Part shown: positions 13,426 through 25,200 of the stretch, piece after piece | Numbering within the stretch: the stretch's first letter is position 1 | Layout: the number at the start of each line of letters is the position of its first letter | Assembly: GCA_964187785.1 (NCBI GenBank) | Contig: OZ076409.1 | Location: forward strand, 15,750,001 to 15,814,000 | DNA: 64,000 bases | From: Amphiscolops sp. MND2022 | Lineage: Eukaryota | Direction: 5' to 3' | The notes under the pieces: generated by a model | Told to the model about the DNA's origin: nothing | The model's database searches: none | Seen by the model: only the letters and a program-made list of their open reading frames with translations | Program-made: the position numbers and the translations under genes

Positions 13426-13902
13426 GTGGAGGACCTGGTTTCTTCATCAGATGAAGAGACAGTGAAAATTTTGCTAATGGCAAGGTGTATAAAGAGGCAA
13501 CTGGTCGACCCCATTCCGATACCAACTACTCGGACAGCTGAGTCGCAAAAGAGACGTGCGACTCCGAGGTCAAACCAGCCGCCGTTCCCTACCTTCTGTC
13601 AAAGGTACTTCAATCTTGGCAATGGAAACGGCCCATTAGCATGCGACGACAGGGTAAAAAATAATCAACCCATTAACGTTTGCCGCAACGTAATACCGCA
13701 AGTGGATACTCCACTGTCTCCTCTTGTAGCTGATAGAGGCCAGGACTATGGGGCAAGTGTTCCAAGCTGCTCCTATTCCGAAGAGAAAGTCACAGCAGAT
13801 TCGCTCTCCAATCAATTCAGAGGGATGGCAGGATCAGAAGCTTCTGTATTGGTGAACTATTCTGACTGTGTGGTCTGTGGAAAATCGGTACCACAAATTC
13901 GC
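13426..13902 (+). CDS. Truncated ORF of unknown function inside element C (CxxC near the break)
   Basis: Open frame with CVVC that runs into LTR-derived sequence at ~13903. Confidence 0.3.
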
Positions 13903-15196
13903 ATATTTCAGTGCGAATTTAGTTTGTATTTGGTTGATATACTGTTAATCTAATACACGATGCATGTAAAATTAGTAATATGCTGTTAGTAATTGAACAC
14001 CAAGGCGTACAGGTAGAGGAAACGCGTTCAAATGTTTCCTCTGCTGTCGCTGTGGATACTCAGTCCGTATAAATTTTCAACCAATCACGTTGTAGTATTA
14101 ATCGGAGTGCTTTGAAATTGTGCTTTTAATAATGAACACGGTGGCCATATGCCGATTGATGGCCAATAATAGATCGTTAATTGAGGCAATAGGACACAGA
14201 GCCCAGACTAGAGTAGAGAATGATAGTTGCATTAGTAATCTTAATTTTAAGAGCAATTGAACATATACTTATGCTTTGTCAAATAAAGGTGCTTCTATTA
14301 GTCGCCCCCAACGCTGAAGTGGCTATATTTCAATGCCTTTACATAAATATCGACATGTAACAACCTAAACATGAAATCTTTGTGTGTTTGATACATGTAA
14401 TGTTGCTGTTCATGTACGTTCAGTTATCCCTCAAGGTCATAACGTCATATTATCTATAAATAATTGTTGTTATTGTTAGAATAGTTATTAGCTATTTTTA
14501 GTCGGCGTTTTCGAAGAAAATCCCGACTCTTACAGTGGCTAGGTTTCTTTTTTTTTCGTCAGTTCAACGCGAACGTCCACTTTTTGTGCTATTTTTACCA
14601 TATGTACTTAGTACTTCATTTTCAACGCATCCAAAGCGTCTAACATGAGATAAAAAGCGTCCCCCCTTTTACATTTATCGGCACTATGCGACTTCCCGGA
14701 AACTTCGAAAAAAAATTCTAAAAAAATCGGATTTTTTTTCTCATTTTTTAGTTTTTTGAGAGCTTTTGTTGTCTCCAGTTGTAGAAAAAGTGGTTTTCGA
14801 GTCTTTTTGAGCCTTAGATATGGCGCCGACTTGGGCCGTTCCCGGCTTGTTAGATCATGACAGACACAATTTTGCGAGTCTTGCAATTTTCAATATATAA
14901 AGACTAAGAACCTTAGGTCCAACACAATTCAATACTGTTTTTAACCGATACCGTTGTGTTGATTGAACAAACTCTGTTCACAAGATAAAGGATAAAGCAA
15001 ATGCTAGAAAGTCTAGAGAAATGGATATGATATCCGACTCTGAAAATATGGACGTGATGATAGGGAATGAGGACACTAATCCTCTTGAATAGTCAGGAGA
15101 ATAGAGAAAACAATCCTGGGTTAAAAACAAAAATTAAAAAGAAAGACTCTCGGTCCGCTGGTGATCTGAGAGACACGGAAGACCTAGGTCCTTACA
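13903..15196 (+). mobile_element. 5'-truncated, internally deleted copy of LTR C with nested insertion
   Basis: 13903-14130 matches 4803-5035, 14852-15075 matches 5152-5440 with gaps, and 15088-15196 matches 5776-5883 ending CCTTACA. Confidence 0.8.
14498..14851 (+). mobile_element. Helentron-associated non-autonomous element (HINE/DINE-1-like) inserted in LTR C
   Basis: 5' TTAGTCGGCG with adjacent CCGACT repeat; 3' GGCGCCGACTT followed by a GCCG-TTCC-CGGC hairpin and TTGTT. Absent from the 5' LTR at the equivalent T-rich site (~5150). Confidence 0.65.
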
Positions 15197-15576
15197 TAAA
15201 GGTACTCTTTCTGATAGTTTTCTGTACTTGGTGGTCTTCTCCAGTTGATCTGCCCCTTAACGATAGAAAATTTGAAGCAGTTAGTTTGGCAGTGTTACGA
15301 AACTTGCAATTTTTTCAACTAAATTGTTGTACCCCATACTTTCCCAGCTCGATTCATACTTTTTGTTTCATTTTCTCATATTTACAAAAAAGTTCGCTCT
15401 GCTGTTGAACTGATTTCGTTCCTGAATGAAGTGTATCCTGCAATACGACTGCTTTTGATTAACTACCTTTCGATTTGGGTCGTTGTTTTCAACGGGTTTT
15501 GGCCTTTCCAAAATTGCTCCTTCGCTCAGGGCTCCAATGAGTTCCAAATCATCTCAAACATTTTCAATGATTTCCA

Positions 15577-16243
15577 TGTAATGCCCACCAGCATGGTGCC
15601 AGTCAAAAACTAAATTCGTCCCAAAAAACCCACCTAATTATTGGCGAAGCTTGCAGGTACACAAAATCACAGAAAAGACACAAAACAGTTTTAGAAAAAC
15701 AATCCCAGCACTGCTTTGACCCGTAATGACGCCCGCAATCCCCAGATATCTTGATATTGCTGAATATTTTCTTCGGAAACAGAGTACACACCCGACGACG
15801 CGATTGCAACCATATGTGGCCCCAAAACTCATACGTTTTGGAAGTTTTCATACACTGTACGGATTGTTCCACAGGTCAGAGACTCGCTGAGTTAATATTT
15901 CACGGTTTTCATGACGGGCTTTTACATGTGTGTATCGTTCTGTAGGTGTGTGCAAATGTAAGATTTAACAGATGTCATTTTGCTTGATATAGCCAATTTG
16001 ATGTATTTTGACAGATTGCCATTTTCATTCCCCAGGAGTTTGTAGGAACGTTCAGAAACACTATTGTACGGTTTACTTGCTCGAGGAACGTGTCCAGACT
16101 TGGAATGTGCTGTCACGTCGCCCGGAAGCACTAATTTTTGAGTAAAAATTAACGCTTAGGGGACTGTAGGAGCACTGTCTCCCATCCAGGCAACCTAAGT
16201 ATCTTCCCATCTCTAGATTGTGCTCCCTTTACTGACTGTTACA
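15577..16243 (+). mobile_element. Probable solo LTR, diverged relative of 16755-17499
   Basis: TGTAATG...TGTTACA termini. GTGTCCAGACTT..CACGTCGCCCGGAAGCACTAATT matches GTGTCCGGACTT..CACGTCGCCTCGCAGCTCTAATT at ~17300. No clear TSD. Confidence 0.5.
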
Positions 16244-16754
16244 CGTTATCGGCCGTAATGATATCAAGGGTTTGTGTCATTCTAACGTACTGTATGAAGC
16301 GTTTTCACCATAGTTTTGGTTCCTGTATCCCTTTTCAAAATTGGCAGGATAATTTTCTGGTGAGTCTTCGTTGTTTTCGTATTGTTTTAAATTCATGACT
16401 CCTCAATTGAGGAACTTTTGCTATCCTTCGTCATTGTCATTCTTTTTAGTCTGTCCACTTTGTATCTTGTGAGTAAGGTAGGAACGAAAACAGTAATAAT
16501 TTTAATTCTGCTTTCCAGTTTAACAAAGTGTAAAGTATTACTTCATGTCCAAGCTGCGATTGTACAAATGGTTTTCTCGGTTTCTGGAATCTCAGTCCTC
16601 CTGCGAATCGTTCTATATTTGATGAAACATTCGAGGAATCAGCTCCTTTTTAGTGTTTTTTTTAAATTCCATTTTTGAGATGCTTCTGCTTTTGCTTGTT
16701 CTGTAACGTAATTGAGATTAGTTGATGTTTTTTGATACATTGTGAGCATTCTTT

Positions 16755-17499
16755 TGTAACGTCCGGCAGTCGGCGTTGCTGAAGTTTTTGAAAATTTCGA
16801 TCAAAAATTCGAAATGTGCGGCATCAAACAAGCACATTCAAGATGGCCGACCCGGCAGGTACAAAAACCGAAGAGGAAGCAAAAAAAGACAGAACGGAGC
16901 CAGACCCAGCCCGAGAGACAGACCTCGTTGTCCCTGACACCCGAAGAAATCCAGAAGAGGCTAAAGAGAACAAAACCACGGGTTGTGTCATACCCCCAAA
17001 GGATGTCCTGGAAGGCCCAAAGGAGATCGAGAACCCGACGGTCGTTTGCCCGAAGATTTTGGACACTGCATGAAGATCAGCATGTTTTATCATTTTCAGT
17101 GCGTTTGTAGCTATTGCCCTTTATTTCGCAGATTTATAATGGTTCAGGATCTACTAGATCCCTGTTTTGCCCATTTTAGATCTTATTCACAGAATTGATG
17201 TACTTTAGCTAAACCTCTGTTTTTTGACCTCGGAAGTATGTAGGAAGTCGCAGGAATGCTTTAGGAACCTAGGAAACGTTTTTACAGGCTTGTGGGGCGT
17301 GTCCGGACTTTGAGAGTGCCGGCACGTCGCCTCGCAGCTCTAATTAGAGGAGCCTCCTTAGACGAAAGAAAAGTCCCCTTGGAGACCATTTTGGGATCAA
17401 AAACTAGCGTCTAGGGCTGTAGTAAGACAACGGTCTCCTGTTTAAGCACCCTAGGCATTGTCCCTCTTCCTAGATGTGCGCCGCTAGCCGGACGTTACA
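16755..17499 (+). mobile_element. Solo LTR, 745 bp
   Basis: Perfect 13-bp terminal inverted repeat TGTAACGTCCGGC/GCCGGACGTTACA, flanked by TTT on both sides. Confidence 0.8.
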
Positions 17500-19620
17500 T
17501 TTGGAGCCTATACTTCGATTTGAATTTGTTTTCTTGTATTTTTCGATTTGGTCCCAGAAAAGTAGTTTTTGATGCCCTCACAACTACTGTGATGGGCCCA
17601 CAATGGAACTTTGATGAGAACTCAGCGTGGTCAACGATAATTCCAATAGCCCATCAATGCGAACATCATAGTCTATCTTCCTGAATCTGGTTATCATCCT
17701 TTTTTCTGGTAAAAAAGTCTCTTTCATAATCCTAGCTATCTTACTGAGGTAAAATTCGAGTATAAGTCTCACATTTATTATCAATGTGAAAATTTGTAGG
17801 TTTTAATCATGAAAAATTAATAAAGTTGCTACCTGCACTTGTTGTAGAATCCATTGCCCCATTGGACAGTGAGTCATTGACAGAATTGCTGCAGAGGTTG
17901 ACCAGACTCCCGGGTTCCATTTCGCTGGTTAGCAAGTAAATAAAGAAGACTTTCCTCATGAAAAAATATGAAATTTATTAAAATTATTAAACTTTATCTG
18001 ACTCTTTTTAGTACGTGTTTTTTTAGAAAAAGCAGCATTCTACTAGAGGTACTAGTTTTTTCTTCTATTCTCTACAGCTTCACCCTACAACGCTTACTTT
18101 GTGAGATTTTGCTCAGTGTCTTCATTTTGTCTAAATTTAGAAAAAAAAGTTATATCCAAAGAACATATATCAAAACATTACGCGAAAACAACATGATTTA
18201 AGGTGCAAATTACAAAGAAAAAAATATGGAACTGTTTAATTGCTTGTGATTGCGGATACATCCATATAAGGTTCAACTCATAACGGTACGAGAAATCTGA
18301 TTGAAGGAAACAATAATTTTTTCGGTACTTTATGACAGAAAATCAGTTGAAAAACAGAACAGAATTTGCATATTGCATTGAACTGCTGATTGGCATTTTG
18401 ATCAATTAACATTTCTGAACGACGGAGACGAAAATGGATGAATTTTGTGGAAAAAAGATTCAAGAGTATAAGTTTGTGAAAACATTTGGCACTTTTCAAA
18501 GACAAATAGCTATACAAACACAATAACTAGACATTTCAGTATTATGTTCAACTTCCAATTTAATTTCAAGTTATGTTCTTCGAAGCTGACATTAAAAATT
18601 AAGAGAAACCTCTGGGAAGTAAAAATCATAAAAGGTGGAAAGAAGACAAAACTGATTTTAGGCGCAGTTTGGAGCGGAAAAAACACATCAGGACTTCATT
18701 TGTTTAATGTTTGCCCATTGTATCCAGCCACTTTTAAACGTATAGTAATTGTATATATAATATAGAAATCCGGGTTTGCAATTAAAAGGTTCTGTTATTT
18801 TCAAATTTACGTGAATTACTGAATCAAGGTTTGAGGCCATGGTATATGAATGAGATCTAAAAAAGAAAAGTTCAAAAACTTTCCGAAAATGTCAGAGTAC
18901 TCATACTTATATAGCGGTGACAGATGTCGAAAAAGCGTTTTCAAGGCTCGAGGTCATAATTTCATTACACGGAGAAGAAAATAACTTACTAAGTTGAACA
19001 AATCTTTCCCTTTAGGAGATCATGGATGAGTGACAACCATGGATGATTATTCATGCCAAGACATCCAAAACACCGAACATTCCCCAGACACCAAAATTAC
19101 CGTGATGGGGACGATTTCCTGCTCAAGAATTTTGAGTGATGGAGAGTTTCAACTGACTGAGCCTTTGTCAGCAAAAATATCTACTGAAGAAGCTAAAAAA
19201 TGAAATGCATAGAAGGTCTGGAAAAATTTTTCCTGAGAAATCTGTACAGAAAATCTTTGAACATCTGTAAAGATCCTTGCAGATCTGCAGTTGTCCTTAC
19301 GTAGCAGTGGCACGATCTTTACAGATCCTCAAGGAAAGTTGGCTCACAGATCTTTACAGATTCTCAAGGAAAGCTCAACATGGGACAGCAATGATTTGCT
19401 AAGATACCCGAAGCCATGTATAGAAAATACATGACCAAGGGTGAAACTCCATGAACAAGTCATGGCAGACAACTGGGCGACTTTGAGTTTCCTAATTTGC
19501 TTTATGTCTCTTTTCCAAAAGAAGAACAATTAAAGAAGGTCTTTTTAGACTCTCAATGAAAGAAGGTTTAATTGTTTTTTACTCACCTTTTACTACAACA
19601 AATTACGCGTTTTCAGCTTG

Positions 19621-20361
19621 TGTAACGGCAAGCTCTGGTACAGCAATATCAACCGATTTTGCAGTTTTGACATGTTAAGAAATTTTGTCAAAAATTCGTT
19701 CAAATTTGACGTGGCACTCAAACATGCTCAAGATGTGTACCTGCCAAAAAAACACCCCAGAAAATCAGAAATCGCCGCCTGCGACGAACGAGAACCGGAG
19801 ACGACTAGAGAGACGTCCCCAGCGTATACAGAACACGGTATAGTGTCCATCTCTAGGAGATTGCCGTTACTACAGTAGAGAAAACCAGTGTTCCAGATGT
19901 TCGCCTGAGTATTCCTACGGTATCCTGTGTGGCAACTAGCGCTAGCGCTGGGAAGCCGAAGTCAATTTCCATCAAATGACTCTGAACTCTTAATTTCTTA
20001 TTGTATTTTTCAATGCGATAAATTGATATGCTCGAGAGCTGTTATTTAACATCTGTTTATCCAATTTGGCGATTTTATCAGATTCTCCAATACTACGGTT
20101 CAACCTTCACCGATTTTCAGCCCGATTTTTAAAGGCTAGTTGAGCAGTGGTCTTGAGTCATGCAAGATGCCTGTTACTTTTAGCAGTTACAGACTAGGAC
20201 CAGGCCAGAGAGTATCCAACAAGACGGTTCCCCCACCTTGGGACTGGCTCCTTCGGAGGGAAAATGAGCTAGAGCCGCGGAGATCTAGGTCCCAGATTAT
20301 ATTCGCTGTTCTAGTTCCTCCACTCTAAGTTGCGGTTCAAGCGCCAGCGCTTATCGTTACA
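19621..20361 (+). repeat. 5' LTR of element A
   Basis: Matches 27567-28307, with about four differing sites, all in the first ~150 bp. Confidence 0.95.
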
Positions 20362-20376
20362 TAGAAACTCATTTTT

Positions 20377-20394
20377 TGGCGACCACAGAGGGAT
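20377..20394 (+). promoter_or_regulatory. Primer-binding site, tRNA-Arg-like
   Basis: TGGCGACCACAGAGGGAT resembles the complement of a metazoan tRNA-Arg 3' end (recalled as TGGCGACCACGAAGGGAT). Identical motif at 38587. Confidence 0.75.
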
Positions 20395-20573
20395 CGTCTT
20401 GGGAAACTTTCTCTAGCGGTTTTTAAAAGATCTGGCCCCCTGGTGATCAGCGCCAAGCCCGTTTCGACTCTGGAAAGGAGAGAGAAGCAGAGTTTTACCT
20501 TTTTTTAGTCGTATTACGTTTTACTAGAACAAGGAAGAAGGAAACGCCAACAACGATTCCATCAGAAACAGCA

Positions 20574-21982
20574 ATGCCGACTGAGATTTCCGAAGCTCCT
20601 CGATACCAGTTGAGAAGCAAGCGGCAGCCACGTTACAAATGCGGAACCTGTGGGCTGCGAGACTGTGTCTGCTTGTTAGCCGTTAATGAGAACCAGAGGG
20701 TTCCTACTGGAGCCCGGGGAGTTCCACCGGAACGGGCAGAAAACCTAGTGCATCGTCTTACGGTGAGAGCTGAAAAGACTTACTCCTCCGTGGAACGATC
20801 CGGAGACCATCCCGTAGACACTATTCTGGAGAAGTTATCATCACCTGGAGTAGCAAAAGCTCCATGCCCCCGATTCAAGGAGTGGACTAGCGATGGAAAG
20901 GGGTTAGACTTTACCCTTGCCACGGTGATGCCCCCCGTACCCAGCAACATCGCGTTCGGACCATTCAACTTTGAACGGGAGCCTGTGCAAATGGTCCGAT
21001 ACATCACCGCTGATCTTCTCGGTGACAAATACGGAATTCATGTGGACCCGGGCGGGGTGTATATCCCAGCACCGCACTAGTGGTTGCTGGTTACTGCTCC
21101 ACGAGTGGAGGCAATAGTGGAACCACTGCACTTGTTATCCTGTTTAGAAGGTCTAAGGACCCTCACTACTGCGTTCTTGATACTTTGCTTTCACATTATA
21201 GACTGGTATCGTGGCAAAGTGAAGTTTGCGTGGTGGTTGGAACTGATCATTGCTTGTTTCACCAATTACCCCCGCATTAGATTGCTGGACGAGTGGACTC
21301 ATACTTTCGAAATTCCACTTTCCCCAAAAGTCGCTTTAAGCACCCTGGACACATGGGTCAAAGCGAGCAGTGACAATCGAGCGATGCCACGCTCGGTGTG
21401 GCAAGACCTGGCTGCAGTCCAGGGGCGTACGCCCCGCGTATGCTTGCCTGCCGACAATGGGCCGGGGGGAGAAATTATCTACCCGGGAGTGCTGTATCCA
21501 GCCCCGACAGAACACCTCTCATATGATGTGACTGAGTTTCTACAAGTTGAAGGTGATATAGTGTTAGCGTGTCCCGTTGACCTAGAGACTAACTCAGCCG
21601 CCCTACGGTACGTGCTACGGGAATGTGGCAAGGAGAATGTGTTCTCCCTGCGGCCCAAGGTGGGAGAAATCCTCACCATTCCCTCTGATATCAATATTAA
21701 CCCCAATCAGAGTATTCACCTACTGATAATCAGAGCAAATCAGCGTGCGCCGCTGCTCGCCGACGATTACCTGCGATTACCTGCTGTATGACACACTTGA
21801 TACAGCGTTTGATAGAGAAAGGATCCACGAGGGTCCACCTACCTATATTGGATCCAGAGCGACCCGCCTTCTCATTGGTCAATCTGTACCATACCCTAAC
21901 GAATTTGCTTGAGGGTACTGGCATTCACGTGGTGCTGCACAACCGCGTGTATGTGTCTATACTGAGCATAGGGCCGGCATAG
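20574..21982 (+). pseudogene. Pol C-terminal extension: RYQLRS linker, CxxC-x4-CxC motif and TARG1/OARD1(Poa1p)-like macrodomain
   Basis: 20574-21080 and 21084-21791 share a frame split by one TAG. Removing an 8-nt local duplication (ATTACCTG, ~21780) joins 21788-21982 as DDYLRCMTHL. 21520-21950 follows the TARG1-type macrodomain pattern. Confidence 0.65.
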
Positions 21983-22268
21983 CCTGCCCGAGCTCTCTTC
22001 TGTTGCCCCCTCCCTCATCTCCCCACCCTGGTAATTGTCATACCTATGAGGAAGTCTTAAACTCTCTCATGGAATGATTAACTTGTAATGTATTATTCAA
22101 TAACCACTTTCTTTTTGTTCTAATTAGTTAGTTGAACTGCAATTTAAACTTGTTGCGGTTCCCTTATGGAGCCGTTTTTGCACCACTGTAACTGGATGAT
22201 GAGCCTTAAGTTCTCCCCGTAATGCACCTAGTAAGCCTAACGGTAGTCCTTTTTAGACCTATGAAATA

Positions 22269-25200
22269 ATGGCTTATTACCCCAACAACACGGTGCCTAT
22301 CCCTACAACGGGACCCCATAGCAATAGGTCTCAAGAATTGCCTGTGCGAGCGCAGAGGACTAATCAAGTCCAATATGTAGAGGAGCGATTGAGGAACGGC
22401 CTTTCACTGTTAGCGGTAGCGGGCGTGGCCGCCCTGCTCACTCAACTAGACACAATGCAGACGCTGCCAGGTGTATCCGTATCTCTTGTGACGGAGGTAG
22501 CTGGCTACCGTCGCACACTAACCTGCCAGAACAATGCATGGGATGGCCACGACTTGACACATCAATTTCTAGATGAACGCTCCACCACAATGCTTGGCCC
22601 AAGCCAGGGCACGAGGTTCGAGCAAGAAGCTTCCCTATGTATGGTGCCTGCCAACATTGCAACAATGCCGCCACCACAGATGGTCGCGTTGCCACCACCA
22701 GCGCCGCAGCCAATACCAATGACGCCGACCTATTCCGGTTCGCCTGCCTTTGGGACGTCGTACCGAGCGCCACACATGGTATTGCAAACTACAACTAGTG
22801 CACCAGTCTCTGATCGGGAGCGCTCGGGGTCCCGGTTGCCACCCATACCAAACCCAGACCTGACTGGAAGGAGTACCGGCGAGCAGGCCGTAATTGTGGC
22901 ATTACAGGCTGTAGCCAACTACCCGAACTCCTCTGATTTTGTTCGTGCTGTAGAGCAGAGGATCCCTGGACTAGCCACTTACTTGCAAGCCGCCGCTCAG
23001 CCCTCGGGCTGTGATCCTCCTGCCCCTCTAGTCGAGACAGCGTCCATGGACGTAGAAATTGCTGCTGGACCAAGCAATAGCGCAAGCGCTGCTACTGGCG
23101 CTCGTGAAGAAGCCGGGAGGAAGCGACTCACCGAAGAAACTGCCTCAGTCACCCCTGCTGGCTCAGTGACCGAAAGTCCGACCAGTCGTCCCCCTCCTGA
23201 TAAACGCGCTGATGTACCTCGACCCCAGCTGAAAAGTGTAGTTATTCCTAGGCCTCCACACCGAGTAGGTCATCTAGGCCGAGGCGCGCCTCAGATGTCT
23301 CTAGAGGATGCAATCGAGCAATATGGAGATCCGGATGCAGTCTCTGAAGTGAGCTCTGTGCCCTCGGGCACGAATCCAGTAGACATGTCCCTGGAGGCAC
23401 CTGAAACAGTGGAGGAGGCCCGCCCTCCAGCCTTCCTCCCTCCCTCTGATGACGTGTCCGGTTCAGTGGTCACAAACGACAGCAAACGCATTTGGATGGC
23501 CGCTGAGCATCTTTATCCCAGTCTATGTGCCATAAAGAAAAGGGCCCCTCCCACTGAGGCAGAGCAAAAAGAAATCAATCGAACCACAATACCAGCGCAG
23601 GTCACACGTTTGCTGCGCCCCCGTGACGCAGATATGTCAGAGCAGGCTTGGAAACAACGTGCCCGAGAGCAACTGCCTATGACGCCTAACAACTACATGG
23701 CGCCCCTGCAACATAACATCACCGAGCAGTTCCCCGCGCGGTACATATTGCGAGAAGGTGAGACCTGGGAAGCGAACGCCCGCTACGCCCGCAACTTGAG
23801 GTCCCTGAAACCCTTGTTGAAGGCAGCTTTGCAGCGTGCGCGCTACTGTATGGCAGTCGATTCTACCTGCAGGAGTGATCTGCCCATTGACAACCTAATG
23901 CCCGACGTGCTGGTACTGACCATGCCCCTTTCCCGCTTCGCCGAGATCGCTGAGATGGTTGGAGCCATGTACGACCCAAACCTAAGGGGATCACAGAAGG
24001 AGCCACCCCCACAGCGCGTGATCTTCGCCAACCTTCTGGATCACATGGCTTGCGAACGGTTACTACTTGAGCTAGACGCCATAATGTCCGATGTCAGACG
24101 ACCTGGAAACATTGCAGCCTTAGTGAACGTGGTTGTTGGCGCAATGGAACATGCCGCAGGGATCCTTCGGGGTCGCCTGGGAGCGCTCGCGTTCTTTGTA
24201 TCCCCGCCAGGATTTATGTACTGGCCACGAAGTTTGCAGCAGTTTGTCTACATTCTGCTGGAGGTCTGCAAAGCACGCAGAGTCGAATTTGCCATTTGTG
24301 CACCAAACCTGCGCGTAGACCAAGAGGATCTGCGCCCCGACACATTATCATATCCAGCCTTCTTCGCCGCTATATCTAGAGCGCTCGTCGCTGTAGAACA
24401 CTCAGGAAATGCCCAGTTGACTATCGACGACGCCATTCTCTACGACCATGGAATGCGAATGGGGCGGATGGCCTTCGACCTCGACGGCAACCGCATCGCC
24501 CGTGAGTCAAATGTGACTGAACGAGAGGCTGTTCGTCGCTACAATTGGCTGGTACGTAAGGACAACGAAATTCCAGTGCGCACGGAACTGGCCGAGCTGA
24601 CGAAGCAAATCGGTGCATGGCCTGCAGCGCGCACCGTTGAGAGAACGATTCCACAGATCCACTTCGCCTCAGGAATCGAGCCCGTGAAGCTGTCCGTAGG
24701 TCTGCGGTGCATCGTGGCAATTGAAGCAACCAATATAAAGGCCGAAGTCGACGCCGCTGCTACCACTTATGCCTACTGGTATCAAACCAGATTTGCCACC
24801 AGGACTCTGGCAGAAGTAGCTCGAGAGCTCAACTGTCCATTAGAAGCCTTCTGCACCAATCTTGGTCTGGGATGGAACCTTGAGGTGGTAATTTCCGAGT
24901 TTTCGCTTACCACCACGCAAGCTGACAAGTTACTAGAAACCATTGGAGAGGCCACTGTTGGAGAAATACTAGCGCTCGCGCTAGCGATGGGTCCAACGAA
25001 GTTCGTAGCCGAACCACTTGCCCTATTAGTTGACATTGTGATTGCCTGTGATCTCACCGTATTCTACAGTTACTTAGTCCTAGCGCAAAGGCAACTACGC
25101 AGTCTGACCCGTTGGGGACGCCTAATGACCTCAAAGGACCAACAAGATTACTCCGCCCAGTTGGAGCGCATGCGTGCGTCGGTCCAACACTGGTTGTATT

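Noticed and set aside
4583..15196. Element C as one intact insertion with a TSD
   Set aside because: Flanks (CAAT vs TAAA) do not match, and the two LTR copies differ in the middle (14130-14430), so a single-insertion origin is plausible but unproven.
19040..19340. Inverted similarity to ~36700-37010 as the ends of a giant transposon
   Set aside because: Diverged members of a dispersed repeat family with no shared termini or TSD.
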